The notes under the pieces are model-generated. The model was not told the DNA's origin. It was given only the letters and a program-made list of their open reading frames with translations, and made no database searches. A stretch of 25,743 bases of DNA, from positions 1 through 25,743 of the forward strand of contig DASSXV010000053.1 of the NCBI GenBank assembly GCA_035703635.1. The letters run 5' to 3'. The position numbers were made by a program, and so were the translations under genes. The stretch comes from Trueperaceae bacterium. GTDB lineage: Bacteria > Deinococcota > Deinococci > Deinococcales > Trueperaceae. This document shows, piece after piece, positions 1-8,000 of this stretch (the stretch's first letter is position 1; each line of letters starts with the position of its first letter).

Positions 1-699
1 GCCAAGCATGCGCTGCACGGGCGCCTCTGCCTCTTCTGGGCTACCGGTGATGGCCTCAGGTGGTTGCGCTTGCGGGTAGAGGCCGTTGAGGATGACGAGC
101 ATCTCCTCGACGTCGGCGCGTTGCTGTGCGTTCGCCACGTCCAAGAGCTCGGCCCAGAGTTTGTTGACGCGCTGCAACGCTGACCAACCGCTCGTGAACA
201 CCCACAGGTCCTCGCCGCCATCGGCGGCCTCTTCGTAACCTTCTGCCACGCCACCCTCACCCAACGTCAGGTCAGCGATCAGGCCCCCGATGTACGCCGG
301 CGAGCGCCAGATGTCGGGGTGAACGACGACGTCGTAAGCGCGCCACACCAGCTCGCGGGCGGCCTGAGTGGCAGCGGAAGCGTCTTCGCCGCTGTCCACC
401 AGTTCGGTTAACTCGGCGAGAGCTTCAAGCAGGTCAGCCGCCAACTGTGCGTCGCGTTGCTCGAGGGTGCCGACGAAGCGTTTCACGTCGCTGTCGAGCA
501 TCTCCTCGACCTGCTCCTTGAGCTCGTCGTTGAGGGGTGCTGGGAAGGCGTCGACGATGCGCAGGCGCTGCAGCACGAGCTCGAGCCCATAGCCCCTGTT
601 CTGTACCAAGGGCTGATCGAAGAACGGGGCGTAGCCGTACTGAGCGAAGGCCGTGCCAGCTAGTGCGACCGTTAGCAGTGCGGCGCACGCACGCAGCAT
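1..699 (-). CDS. Secreted acidic hypothetical protein, 3'-truncated by the window edge; not in the ORF track
   Basis: Open frame from ATG 699 (alternative GTG 714) to position 1 with no stop: MLRACAALLTVALAGTAFA|QYGYAPFFDQPLVQNRGYGLELVLQRLRIVDAF... It has a Sec-type signal peptide ending A-F-A, starts 4 nt after the beta-propeller stop, and has coding-like codon pattern. Confidence 0.85.
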   Translation of the reverse strand, partial: MLRACAALLTVALAGTAFAQYGYAPFFDQPLVQNRGYGLELVLQRLRIVDAFPAPLNDELKEQVEEMLDSDVKRFVGTLEQRDAQLAADLLEALAELTELVDSGEDASAATQAARELVWRAYDVVVHPDIWRSPAYIGGLIADLTLGEGGVAEGYEEAADGGEDLWVFTSGWSALQRVNKLWAELLDVANAQQRADVEEMLVILNGLYPQAQPPEAITGSPEEAEAPVQRMLG

Positions 700-703
700 G
701 AAC

Positions 704-1759
704 TTAGAGGCCACCTGGGATCACCCCGATCTCCGCCGAGTGGGCTCCACGGCCCGCGGGAATATTGTCGATTACGCAAAGACAGTCGGTATCTATGACC
801 GAGACGCTGTCTGACAGGCCGTTGGCGGTGTACACCCGCTTGCCGTCTGGCGTGATGGCGATGCCCCACGGGCGCCTGCCCATCTGCTCTTTGATGATGG
901 AAACGACGCTGTTGTCGGTCGTATCGATGACGTACACGGCGCTCGTGCCACCGCCGGCCACGAAGATGCGGCTGCTGGTTGGGTCGATGGCGATCTCTAC
1001 CGGGCGCGAGTCGAGGCCCAGGTTGATGGTATCGATGACGGTGTGGGTGCTCGTGTCGATGACGGAGATGGTGCCCCCGATCTCGGCGGACACGTAGGCG
1101 CGGCTGCCGTCGTTGGAGAACTCGACGACGCGCGGGCGGTTTCCGACCAAGATGTGCTTCAGGACTTTGAGCTCGGCGGTGTCGATCACGGTGACGGTGT
1201 GCGTGGCTTCTGCCGTCACGTACACGAGGCTGCCGTCCGGGCTTACCGCAACTCCTTCTGCCTCCACACCAACGCGGAAGGTGGCGAACTGCTCGCCCGT
1301 AGTCACGTCGTAGCCGGCCGCTTGAGCGATGGCCTCTAACGCCGCCCAGATCTGGGTGCCGTCTGGCGTGACGGCGACGCGCTCGGGGTTGCCGCCAGCG
1401 CGAAACTGACTAACGACCTCGTTGCTGCGCACGTCGATGCCGATGATCTTGTCCTCAGGCGTCTCTAGTTGAGGGTTGAAGTCGCTGATCGACGCGTAAA
1501 CGGTGGTGCCGTCGGGGCTAACTGCCATGCCGCGCGGGCGCACCTCGCCTGGCCGACCAGAGATGGTGATCGTGCCGATCACTTCGTTGGTCGAGGTGTC
1601 GATAACGGTGATGTCTGCACTGAACTCGTTGGCGACGTAAAGGCGGTACGAGTCCGCCTGCGCCAGTGCAGAGGAGCCCATCAACGTCAGCAGTGCTGCG
1701 GCCGAAACGATCACGAATCGAGGAAAGCGCAGTGCCCCCCAGCTTTTATGGTTACTCAT
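704..1759 (-). CDS. YVTN-type beta-propeller protein, PQQ-dependent-catabolism-associated (PedA2-like)
   Basis: Signal peptide ending ALA|Q. Repeated blades LYVANE..VIDT, VYVTAE..VIDT, AYVSAE..VIDT, VYTANG..VIDT with SPDG/TPDG turns. SD GGAAGGAG precedes ATG 1759, so the ORF-track start at 1792 is an extension. Confidence 0.85.
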   Translation of the reverse strand: MSNHKSWGALRFPRFVIVSAAALLTLMGSSALAQADSYRLYVANEFSADITVIDTSTNEVIGTITISGRPGEVRPRGMAVSPDGTTVYASISDFNPQLETPEDKIIGIDVRSNEVVSQFRAGGNPERVAVTPDGTQIWAALEAIAQAAGYDVTTGEQFATFRVGVEAEGVAVSPDGSLVYVTAEATHTVTVIDTAELKVLKHILVGNRPRVVEFSNDGSRAYVSAEIGGTISVIDTSTHTVIDTINLGLDSRPVEIAIDPTSSRIFVAGGGTSAVYVIDTTDNSVVSIIKEQMGRRPWGIAITPDGKRVYTANGLSDSVSVIDTDCLCVIDNIPAGRGAHSAEIGVIPGGL

Positions 1760-1918
1760 GTTCTCCTTCCGCTCGCGCCCGTGGCGGGCCATACGAGCTG
1801 GTAACGGCCGCGTTCAGCCGACCCCCACGTCGACCGACGGCACATTCGTCCAGCCTAATGGGCGGGAGTAAGGAACGCGCAAGTACCGCGGTTGCTGACC
1901 CAGCGCTCCGGTCGTCAC

Positions 1919-3259
1919 TCAGCGGGCGCATGTGCTCGCCCGCTCCAAGTCGCCGATCTGGTCGAGGCGCTCGACGGGGTCGGTGCCCGGCATGTAGATG
2001 GCTGGTAGTTCGCCGACCAAGCTCGCTAGCGTGAACGGGTTCTCGTTGCTCGCGTCGATCTTCACGAGGTAAACGGACTGCCGCAGTTGACCGTCCCACG
2101 GCCGGAAGGTGGTACCGATTCCCTTCCATACGTCAAGCACGGCCTTATCGCTACTCAAGTAGGCGATCACGGCCGCAGGATCGGCGGATGCCCCGAAGAA
2201 CGCCGCCTCGTAGAGGGCCTTCACGCCCTGATAGACCGCCCAGGCGCTTGCGTCCATCGGCTCGTTGTACGTGGCGCGGTAGCGGGCGTTGAGCTCGCGC
2301 GCGCCGTAAGCGTCGAGAGTGGCCTCCCAGGAGCTGATGCGGTGGCCGGTGCCGAGTGTTGGCGCTGCGGCGCGTGAAGCTGCGTAGAAGGTGCGCGTCT
2401 CGGCTTCGGGGTAGGGGAAGCCCGTGACCATCGCCTTCACCCCGCCCGCCTCCAGACCCGCTAGCACGGTCAGTTGGTCCTGCGCGGGCATCAGTAGCAC
2501 GACGAGGTCCGCGCCAGCTCTACTTATGCGCTTCGCTAGGTCGCCGAGATCGGCGCCTTGTTCGAATACGGTGTCCCCCACGCTGCGCGCACCGAAGTGC
2601 CGATCGTTGATGCCCTTGATGACGCGCTTGAGTTGGGCGCTCGACTCGTCGTCGTCTCCTCGTACGAAGAACCAGTTGCGCTGGCCGCTGCGCACGTACC
2701 AGCCGGCCATGGCGTCCAGGTACATGGCCGCGCTCGGCTCGATGTGAAACATGGTGGCTTGGCAGAGCCCGTTACGCAGGGTGTCGGCCGACGAACCGAC
2801 GTTCATGAACGGAACGCCGGTTTCGGCCGACCAGGCTGCTAACGCTGCCGCGTCCGCGGCGTTGAAGCCGCCGACGATACCGAACACGCCGTCCTCATCT
2901 AGCAGCGCCTGCGCCGCGGCCCGCACTTCACTTGGGCCCTCGGCCGCCGCGGTCGCAAGTGCGAAGTCGATGTCGAGCAGTTGGGCGTTGAACTGGAACT
3001 CATCTCCTGCCATCTGGGCACCCTGCGTTGCGGCCCTCGCGACGGCAGCCTCGAGCGCATCCGGGTCGTCGATATCGGGAGGAAGGATCACGCCGATGCG
3101 AACCGAACCCTCGAGTAAGCCTTGGGCGGCGGCCCGCGGCGCGAAGGTCAGCAGTGCGAATAGCGCCAGCGCAACTAGCGCGGCGTAGTGCCAAGAGACG
3201 CCAAAGACCTGGGCGGGCCAGTTCTGGGGAGCTCGGTTCAAGTCGGTACTTCCCTTCAT
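1919..3259 (-). CDS. Periplasmic solute-binding protein, type I (branched-chain) fold, PQQ-ADH-system type (PedA1/LutA-like)
   Basis: Signal peptide ending AAA|Q. Motifs RIGVILP, FMNVGS..D.LR...C....FHIEPS..MYLDA, GARELNARY, AWAVY, FRPWDGQLRQ, LDQIG...C. Start is ATG 3259 or TTG 3241 (AAGGGAAG upstream of the TTG). Confidence 0.8.
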   Translation of the reverse strand: MKGSTDLNRAPQNWPAQVFGVSWHYAALVALALFALLTFAPRAAAQGLLEGSVRIGVILPPDIDDPDALEAAVARAATQGAQMAGDEFQFNAQLLDIDFALATAAAEGPSEVRAAAQALLDEDGVFGIVGGFNAADAAALAAWSAETGVPFMNVGSSADTLRNGLCQATMFHIEPSAAMYLDAMAGWYVRSGQRNWFFVRGDDDESSAQLKRVIKGINDRHFGARSVGDTVFEQGADLGDLAKRISRAGADLVVLLMPAQDQLTVLAGLEAGGVKAMVTGFPYPEAETRTFYAASRAAAPTLGTGHRISSWEATLDAYGARELNARYRATYNEPMDASAWAVYQGVKALYEAAFFGASADPAAVIAYLSSDKAVLDVWKGIGTTFRPWDGQLRQSVYLVKIDASNENPFTLASLVGELPAIYMPGTDPVERLDQIGDLERASTCAR

Positions 3260-3507
3260 TAGTGGGGCGTGCCTACCCCGGCGGCAGCTGCGAAGCGTGG
3301 CACCGGAGCCAAGTGCCAGGCCCAAACCGCGTGATATACGATGTTACCCGGAGCCGCCGAAAACCTCTGTGGAACTGGGCGGCTTACCCTTCACCTCACC
3401 ACGGTGGCCCGTGCGAACCGTGCCAACCGTGCCAGCAGCCTACTTCCGACGGGTAAGTGGGCCATAAGTCGCACGCCTATCCAGGCTGCACCCCGAAGGG
3501 AGCGAAG

Positions 3508-4167
3508 TTGCGGATTCTAGTGCTTGAGGACCAGGCCGACATCGCCGAAGCTCTCGTCGACGTACTGCAGAGAGCGCGTTACCGCGTGACGCTGGCACGC
3601 ACACTCGACGAGGCTTACGAAGCGATGGCTGCCGGCAACTACGACCTAGCCATACTCGACGTGATGCTCCCGCACAACGACGACGCTGGCTTCGAGTTCG
3701 CCGCTGACCTGCGCGCCGTTGGGTACACCGGCCAGATCATGTTCACGAGCGCACGGGACGTCGAGTGCGACACCGTGCGAGGACTCGACCTAGGCGGCGA
3801 CGACTACTTGGTGAAACCGTTCGGCCTGGCCGAGTTCATGGCGCGCGTACGTGCGCTGCTGCGGCGCACAGCCGATACGAAACGGACCGTGCTTGAACGG
3901 CCGCCGCTGCAGGTCGACCTGACGACCCGCCGCGTCGCCTGGAGTGGCGAAGAAGTCGATGTCAGCGACCGCGAGTTCGCGATGCTCGAACTGTTCGCGC
4001 TCTACCCGGAGCGCGTGTTCACCGTCGACGAACTCCTCGAGCGCTTCTTCCCCGACGCGTCGTCTGGCGCGAGCGTGGTGCGGGTCTACGTGAGCCAGCT
4101 TCGCCACAAGATCGCGGAAGACCTGATCCGCACAGTAGCTGGCGGTTACCGACTAGGACCCGTATGA
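3508..4167 (+). CDS. OmpR/PhoB-family DNA-binding response regulator
   Basis: Receiver motifs LVLED, ILDVMLP and DDYLVKPF; winged-helix VRVYVSQLRHKI...IRTVAGGY. TTG start at 3508 after AAGGGAG; the ORF track starts at 3457. Confidence 0.92.
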   Translation: MRILVLEDQADIAEALVDVLQRARYRVTLARTLDEAYEAMAAGNYDLAILDVMLPHNDDAGFEFAADLRAVGYTGQIMFTSARDVECDTVRGLDLGGDDYLVKPFGLAEFMARVRALLRRTADTKRTVLERPPLQVDLTTRRVAWSGEEVDVSDREFAMLELFALYPERVFTVDELLERFFPDASSGASVVRVYVSQLRHKIAEDLIRTVAGGYRLGPV

Positions 4168-5216
4168 GCCTGCGCCGCACGATCTTCGTGGCCGTCTTCC
4201 TCGCCGTTTTCGCCACTGCCTCACTTGAAGGTTTGTTAGACATCGTGGTCGACCGCTTAGCGAGCGACGGCGCGCTGCTCGAGGCCGACGAGAGCGGCGC
4301 GGCCGTTGACGGCCTCGGCGAGCTCGTCTCGTCGAAACGGCTCCTCTTCGACCTCATCGACATTCCGCTAATGCTCCTGTTCGCGTTCACTGGCGCCTGG
4401 TTCCTTTCGCGCCGTATCGCCAGGCCGCTCAAGCGCCTCACGCACGCCACCAACCAAGTAGCCGGGCAGTCGTTCCCACAACGGGTGCCCGTTGCGGCCG
4501 GGAACGACGAGTTGAGCAGGCTGACGAGCAGTTTCAACGACATGGCGGGCGCCGTCCAGGGTTACGTCGACCGCGAGCGCGCTTTCACCCGGTATGCCTC
4601 GCACGAGCTGCGCACGCCCCTAAGCGCCATGCGCGTGCAGGTAGAGCGAGTTGAGCTGGGACTGGCAACGGCCGACGAGGTACTGCCGGTGGTTCAGCGC
4701 CAAGTAACCCAGTTGGAGGAGGTGTTGGCCGCCCTCTTGGCGTTGGCGCGCGCGTCTGGCCCCAGCCCCGACGCGCGCTTGCTAGCACCCCTGCTCGAAG
4801 AGTCGTTGGCTGCCTTTCCCGCCGATAAGCGCCAGCGCCTCACGGTGGCCGACAGCTCACCAGCCCGATTGAAGGTAACGCACGCGCGCTTGCTGCAACA
4901 GGCGCTAACCAACTTAGTCGACAATGCGTTGCGGCACGGCTCCGGCACCACGACCGTTAGCGTCGCAGCCAACGCGGGCTCCCTCACCGTAACGGTCAAC
5001 GACAGCGGCGACGGGGTGCCGCAGCACGAACTCCAGCAGGTCACCGAGCCGTTCTACCGCTCAAGTGAGCGCGGTGGGATCGACCCGTCCGGCCAGGGGT
5101 TGGGGCTTGCATTCGTGAACTTGATCGCGAGGGCGCTGGACGGCAGTCTCACGCTGTTCAACACAGAGAGCGGCCTAGAAGCCACCCTGACCCTGCCCAT
5201 CGTGGCTGGCAGCTAG
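4164..5216 (+). CDS. Membrane sensor histidine kinase (2 TM, HAMP, HisKA, HATPase)
   Basis: ATGA overlap with the regulator. H-box ASHELRTPL, N-box NLVDNALRH, G1 DSGDG, F-box EPFYR, G2 GQGLGL; HAMP motif DELSRLTSSFNDM. Confidence 0.93.
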   Translation: MSLRRTIFVAVFLAVFATASLEGLLDIVVDRLASDGALLEADESGAAVDGLGELVSSKRLLFDLIDIPLMLLFAFTGAWFLSRRIARPLKRLTHATNQVAGQSFPQRVPVAAGNDELSRLTSSFNDMAGAVQGYVDRERAFTRYASHELRTPLSAMRVQVERVELGLATADEVLPVVQRQVTQLEEVLAALLALARASGPSPDARLLAPLLEESLAAFPADKRQRLTVADSSPARLKVTHARLLQQALTNLVDNALRHGSGTTTVSVAANAGSLTVTVNDSGDGVPQHELQQVTEPFYRSSERGGIDPSGQGLGLAFVNLIARALDGSLTLFNTESGLEATLTLPIVAGS

Positions 5217-5234
5217 CTAGTCAGCGCCACAAGA

Positions 5235-5266
5235 ACGCCGCCGGCCCAGCTTGCGGGCGGCGGCGT
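5235..5266. terminator. GC-rich hairpin between convergent kinase and rpoD, likely bidirectional terminator
   Basis: ACGCCGCCGGCCC-agcttgc-GGGCGGCGGCGT gives a 12-bp stem with one bulge. On the minus strand it is followed by TCTTGT. Confidence 0.65.
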
Positions 5267-5290
5267 CTCGTCGTCGGGGTGTACTGAAGG

Positions 5291-7372
5291 TCAGTCGAGG
5301 AAGTCCCGCAATTTACGGGTGCGGCTCTCGTGGTACTTGAGCTTGCGGAGCGCCTTGTTCTCGATCTGGCGGATGCGTTCGCGAGTCACGCCGAAGTGGC
5401 TTCCCACTTCCTCGAGCGTGTGCTCGCGACCGTCGACCAGGCCCTTGCGGAGCTTGAGGACCATCGCCTCGCGCTCGTTCAGCTTGTTGAGCGCCTCGTC
5501 GAGTTCCTCGCTGAGGATGTTCTTGGAGGCCTCATCGACGGGCGACTCGATGTTCTCGTCCGGGATGAAATCGCCGTAGAAGCTATCTTCCTCGTCGCCG
5601 ATCGGGGTCTCGAGGGAGAACGGTTCACGCGTGAGCTTGAACGCCTCCTCGACTTTCTCCGCGTTCCAGTCGGGGCCCATGGCGTCGGCTATCTCGGCGA
5701 AAGTTGGTTCGCGCGAGAGTTCCTGCTGCAGGCGGCGGCTGGCGCGCGTGAGCTTGTTGATGGTCTCGACCATGTGCACGGGTATGCGGATGGTGCGCGA
5801 TTGATCGGCGATGGCGCGGTTGATGGCCTGCCTGATCCACCACGTTGCGTAGGTGGAGAACTTGTAGCGCCTGCGGTACTCGAACTTCTCGACGGCGCGA
5901 ATGAGGCCCTGGTTGCCCTCTTGGATGAGGTCGAGGAAGCTCATGCCGCGGCCGTTGTACTTCTTGGCGATGCTAACGACCAAGCGCAAGTTAGCCTCGA
6001 TGAGGTGCTTGCGGGCGAGGTCGCCGTCCTCGACGATGCGCTGGTGGCGCCGACGTTGGCGCTCCTCACCGTCGTTGTTCCACTCCGCGAGGATGGCGCG
6101 CGATGCCTCGCCGTCCTCGATGCGCCTCGCGAGGTCGATCTCCTCGTCAAGCGTAAGGAGCTTCACGCGGCCGATCTCCTGCAGGTACTGCCTTACTGGG
6201 TCGTTGGTCTTGGGGCGCGCATCGGCCATGGCCTCGGCGCGGGCCTCAAGTTCCTCGCGATCCATCTCGTCGTCTGACTCTTCTTCGAGCTCGTCGTCGT
6301 CGAGGTCTTCGTCGTCGATCAGTTCGTCGTCTGCCAAGTCGGCTACTGCGACTCCGCGCGCTTCGAGGTGCCCCAAGAGCTCCTCGAAGCTCTCCTGCTC
6401 GACGTCGAGGCCGGCTTCCTCGACGGCGCGCCGGAAGGCGTCACTTATCTCCTCGGTATCGAGCTGTCCGCCTGCCTCGAGGCCATGCGCTACGAGCGCA
6501 GAGATGACTGGCGACTGCAGCCAGGTTGCAGCGGTGGCATCACTGTTGTCCGCCGTCTTGGCGTCCTTGACCTTCGCCACCGCGGAGCTAGCAGCCGCCT
6601 TTGCAGCCGGCTTGCTCGCGACCTTGGACGTGGACTTAGCGGCGGTCTTCGCCACCGGCTTGGCGGCTGGCTTGGCTGCCGTCTTGGTCTCCTCGGCGGG
6701 CTTGGCGGCCGCCTTGGTCGCTGCGGACTTCGCTTGGGCTGGCTTGGCGGCCGCTGCCTTCGTGGTCGTGGTCTTGGTGGCCGCGGTCTTCGTGGTCGCG
6801 GCCTTCGTGGCCGTGGTCTTCGTGGTCGTGGTCTTCGTGGCCGGCGCCTTGGCAGCCGCGGACTTCGCCACCGCGGACTTCGCCGCCGGGGCCTTGGCGG
6901 GCGCGGACTTGGCAGGCGCGGACTTGGCAGGCGGCGCCTTGGCGGCCGCAGGCTTCACCGCGGCGTCGCTTGCCGCGGGCTTCGCCTTCAGGGCGCTAGC
7001 CTTGGTCGTCGCGGCTTTAGCTGCTGCGGCCTTGGTGGCGGGCGCCTTGGTCGCTGCCTTCTTCGTTGCCGCCACAGGAACAGCGTCTGCCGCCGCAACC
7101 GAGTTGGCTGCTGGCTTCGCCTTCGTCTTCGCGGGCGCCTTGGCTTGTTCAGCCACTGGCGCCGCGGGCTTGGCCTTGACAGCCGAAGCCTTGGCTGGTT
7201 TCGGCTTGGCCGCAGGCGTCTTAGCGGCCGCAGTCTTGGCCTTAGCTGCAGGGGCCTTGGTCCCCTTCGCGCCAGTCGCCTTGGTGCTCGTTGCTGCCTC
7301 TTCGCCAATCGTGGCGGCACCCTTAGCTCCAGTTGCCTTCACTTTGTCGGTCTTGATTTTGTCCGCCACCAT
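5291..7372 (-). CDS. rpoD: Primary RNA polymerase sigma-70 factor with a ~280-aa Lys/Ala/Thr/Pro-rich N-terminal extension
   Basis: Region 1.2 [11 protein letters not shown]; region 2 [36 protein letters not shown]; region 4 [18 protein letters not shown]. Start ATG 7372 or GTG 7369 after GGGAGG. Confidence 0.97.
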   Translation of the reverse strand: MVADKIKTDKVKATGAKGAATIGEEAATSTKATGAKGTKAPAAKAKTAAAKTPAAKPKPAKASAVKAKPAAPVAEQAKAPAKTKAKPAANSVAAADAVPVAATKKAATKAPATKAAAAKAATTKASALKAKPAASDAAVKPAAAKAPPAKSAPAKSAPAKAPAAKSAVAKSAAAKAPATKTTTTKTTATKAATTKTAATKTTTTKAAAAKPAQAKSAATKAAAKPAEETKTAAKPAAKPVAKTAAKSTSKVASKPAAKAAASSAVAKVKDAKTADNSDATAATWLQSPVISALVAHGLEAGGQLDTEEISDAFRRAVEEAGLDVEQESFEELLGHLEARGVAVADLADDELIDDEDLDDDELEEESDDEMDREELEARAEAMADARPKTNDPVRQYLQEIGRVKLLTLDEEIDLARRIEDGEASRAILAEWNNDGEERQRRRHQRIVEDGDLARKHLIEANLRLVVSIAKKYNGRGMSFLDLIQEGNQGLIRAVEKFEYRRRYKFSTYATWWIRQAINRAIADQSRTIRIPVHMVETINKLTRASRRLQQELSREPTFAEIADAMGPDWNAEKVEEAFKLTREPFSLETPIGDEEDSFYGDFIPDENIESPVDEASKNILSEELDEALNKLNEREAMVLKLRKGLVDGREHTLEEVGSHFGVTRERIRQIENKALRKLKYHESRTRKLRDFLD
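6713..6955 (-). repeat. 15-bp-period degenerate tandem repeat in rpoD encoding 16 Kxxxx pentapeptides
   Basis: An AAG codon (ctt on +) occurs every 15 nt from 6713 to 6953: [81 protein letters not shown]. Confidence 0.9.
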
Positions 7373-7636
7373 TACCTCCCGAGAAGTCGCCGCGATGGCT
7401 TGTACGCGCGCACCATAGAGCCAAGACACGAACATGCGCACAGCACCTGATGCCGTGCGAACCTAAGTCTCACTTGGCTCCTCGAAATCGTCCTTACCCT
7501 GGTCACCTACTCGCTGGGTCCTGCTGCCTACCGTAGCTGGCTAGCCGTGCTACTGGCCGCGCTAGCTCGCATGTGGTCGCTCGCGCCGTTCGCAGCCATG
7601 AGGCGGGTACCTACGGCCTGCAGCCCGCGAAAGAGA

Positions 7637-7645
7637 ATAGTAGCA
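7637..7645 (-). promoter_or_regulatory. Candidate extended -10 promoter of rpoD
   Basis: The minus strand reads TG-C-TACTAT, matching TGnTAnnnT, which implies a ~260-nt leader. Confidence 0.5.
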
Positions 7646-7786
7646 CGTTGACGCACCCGCCGTGGTAGCGCGGGACGCACCAACTCTTCATCAATCGGCC
7701 AGCGCCGATGGTGCTAGTTGCCGTCAGGAACGAGGCGTTCGAAGGTTTTGCACTCTGCGTTCGAGCACGGCCGCGCCTCCTGGGCC

Positions 7787-7816
7787 TTGCCTAGGGACAA
7801 ACGTCCCATATATCAT
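7787..7816 (+). promoter_or_regulatory. Candidate sigma-70 promoter of the cytochrome c/PQQ dehydrogenase operon, with a palindrome in the spacer
   Basis: TTGCCT (7787-7792), 18-nt spacer, TATCAT (7811-7816). The spacer contains GGGAC-aaac-GTCCC (7794-7807). Confidence 0.55.
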
Positions 7817-8000
7817 CGTTCTCAAACCGAGTTGCGTTTGGGCTTCGTCCCCCACTTCCCACGGGGCCGGCCACGCAGGCCAAGTCGGATCACTCATTTC
7901 GGAGCGGTCCGCGCGAACCCCAAGCCACGAGCCTCCTGGAGGGCTCAGAACCGGGAACCGGACGGCCGAAGTCCACGCACTACACACGGAGGTCCGAAGG

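Noticed and set aside
6713-6955. Regular repeats considered as a CRISPR array
   Set aside because: 15-bp degenerate units with no spacers, in frame within rpoD, and no cas genes nearby.
5901-7450. Long + strand ORFs (505 aa and 360 aa) opposite rpoD
   Set aside because: Antisense shadows of the low-complexity, GC-rich rpoD tail; the products are Ala/Val or Arg/Gly/Leu runs with no motifs.
3383-7508. Shared motif CTTACCCT(GG)TCACCT at 3383-3396 and 7493-7508
   Set aside because: Only two copies with different spacing, and the second lies within the presumed rpoD leader; cannot be told apart from chance.
7875-7975. Faint resemblance to a c-di-GMP-I riboswitch (GGCCAA...AAGCCACGAGCCT...ACGGCCG)
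   Set aside because: Lacks GGCAAA, the GNRA tetraloop, GACGCAAA and the tetraloop-receptor pairing; kept only as a generic structured leader.
7662-8000. ORF-track N-terminal extension of the cytochrome fusion (similar extensions at 1792, 3325, 7441, 17551, 24562, 25478)
   Set aside because: Downstream starts have SD sequences or stop-start overlaps and put signal peptides or domain starts at the N-terminus; the extensions cover promoters or other genes.
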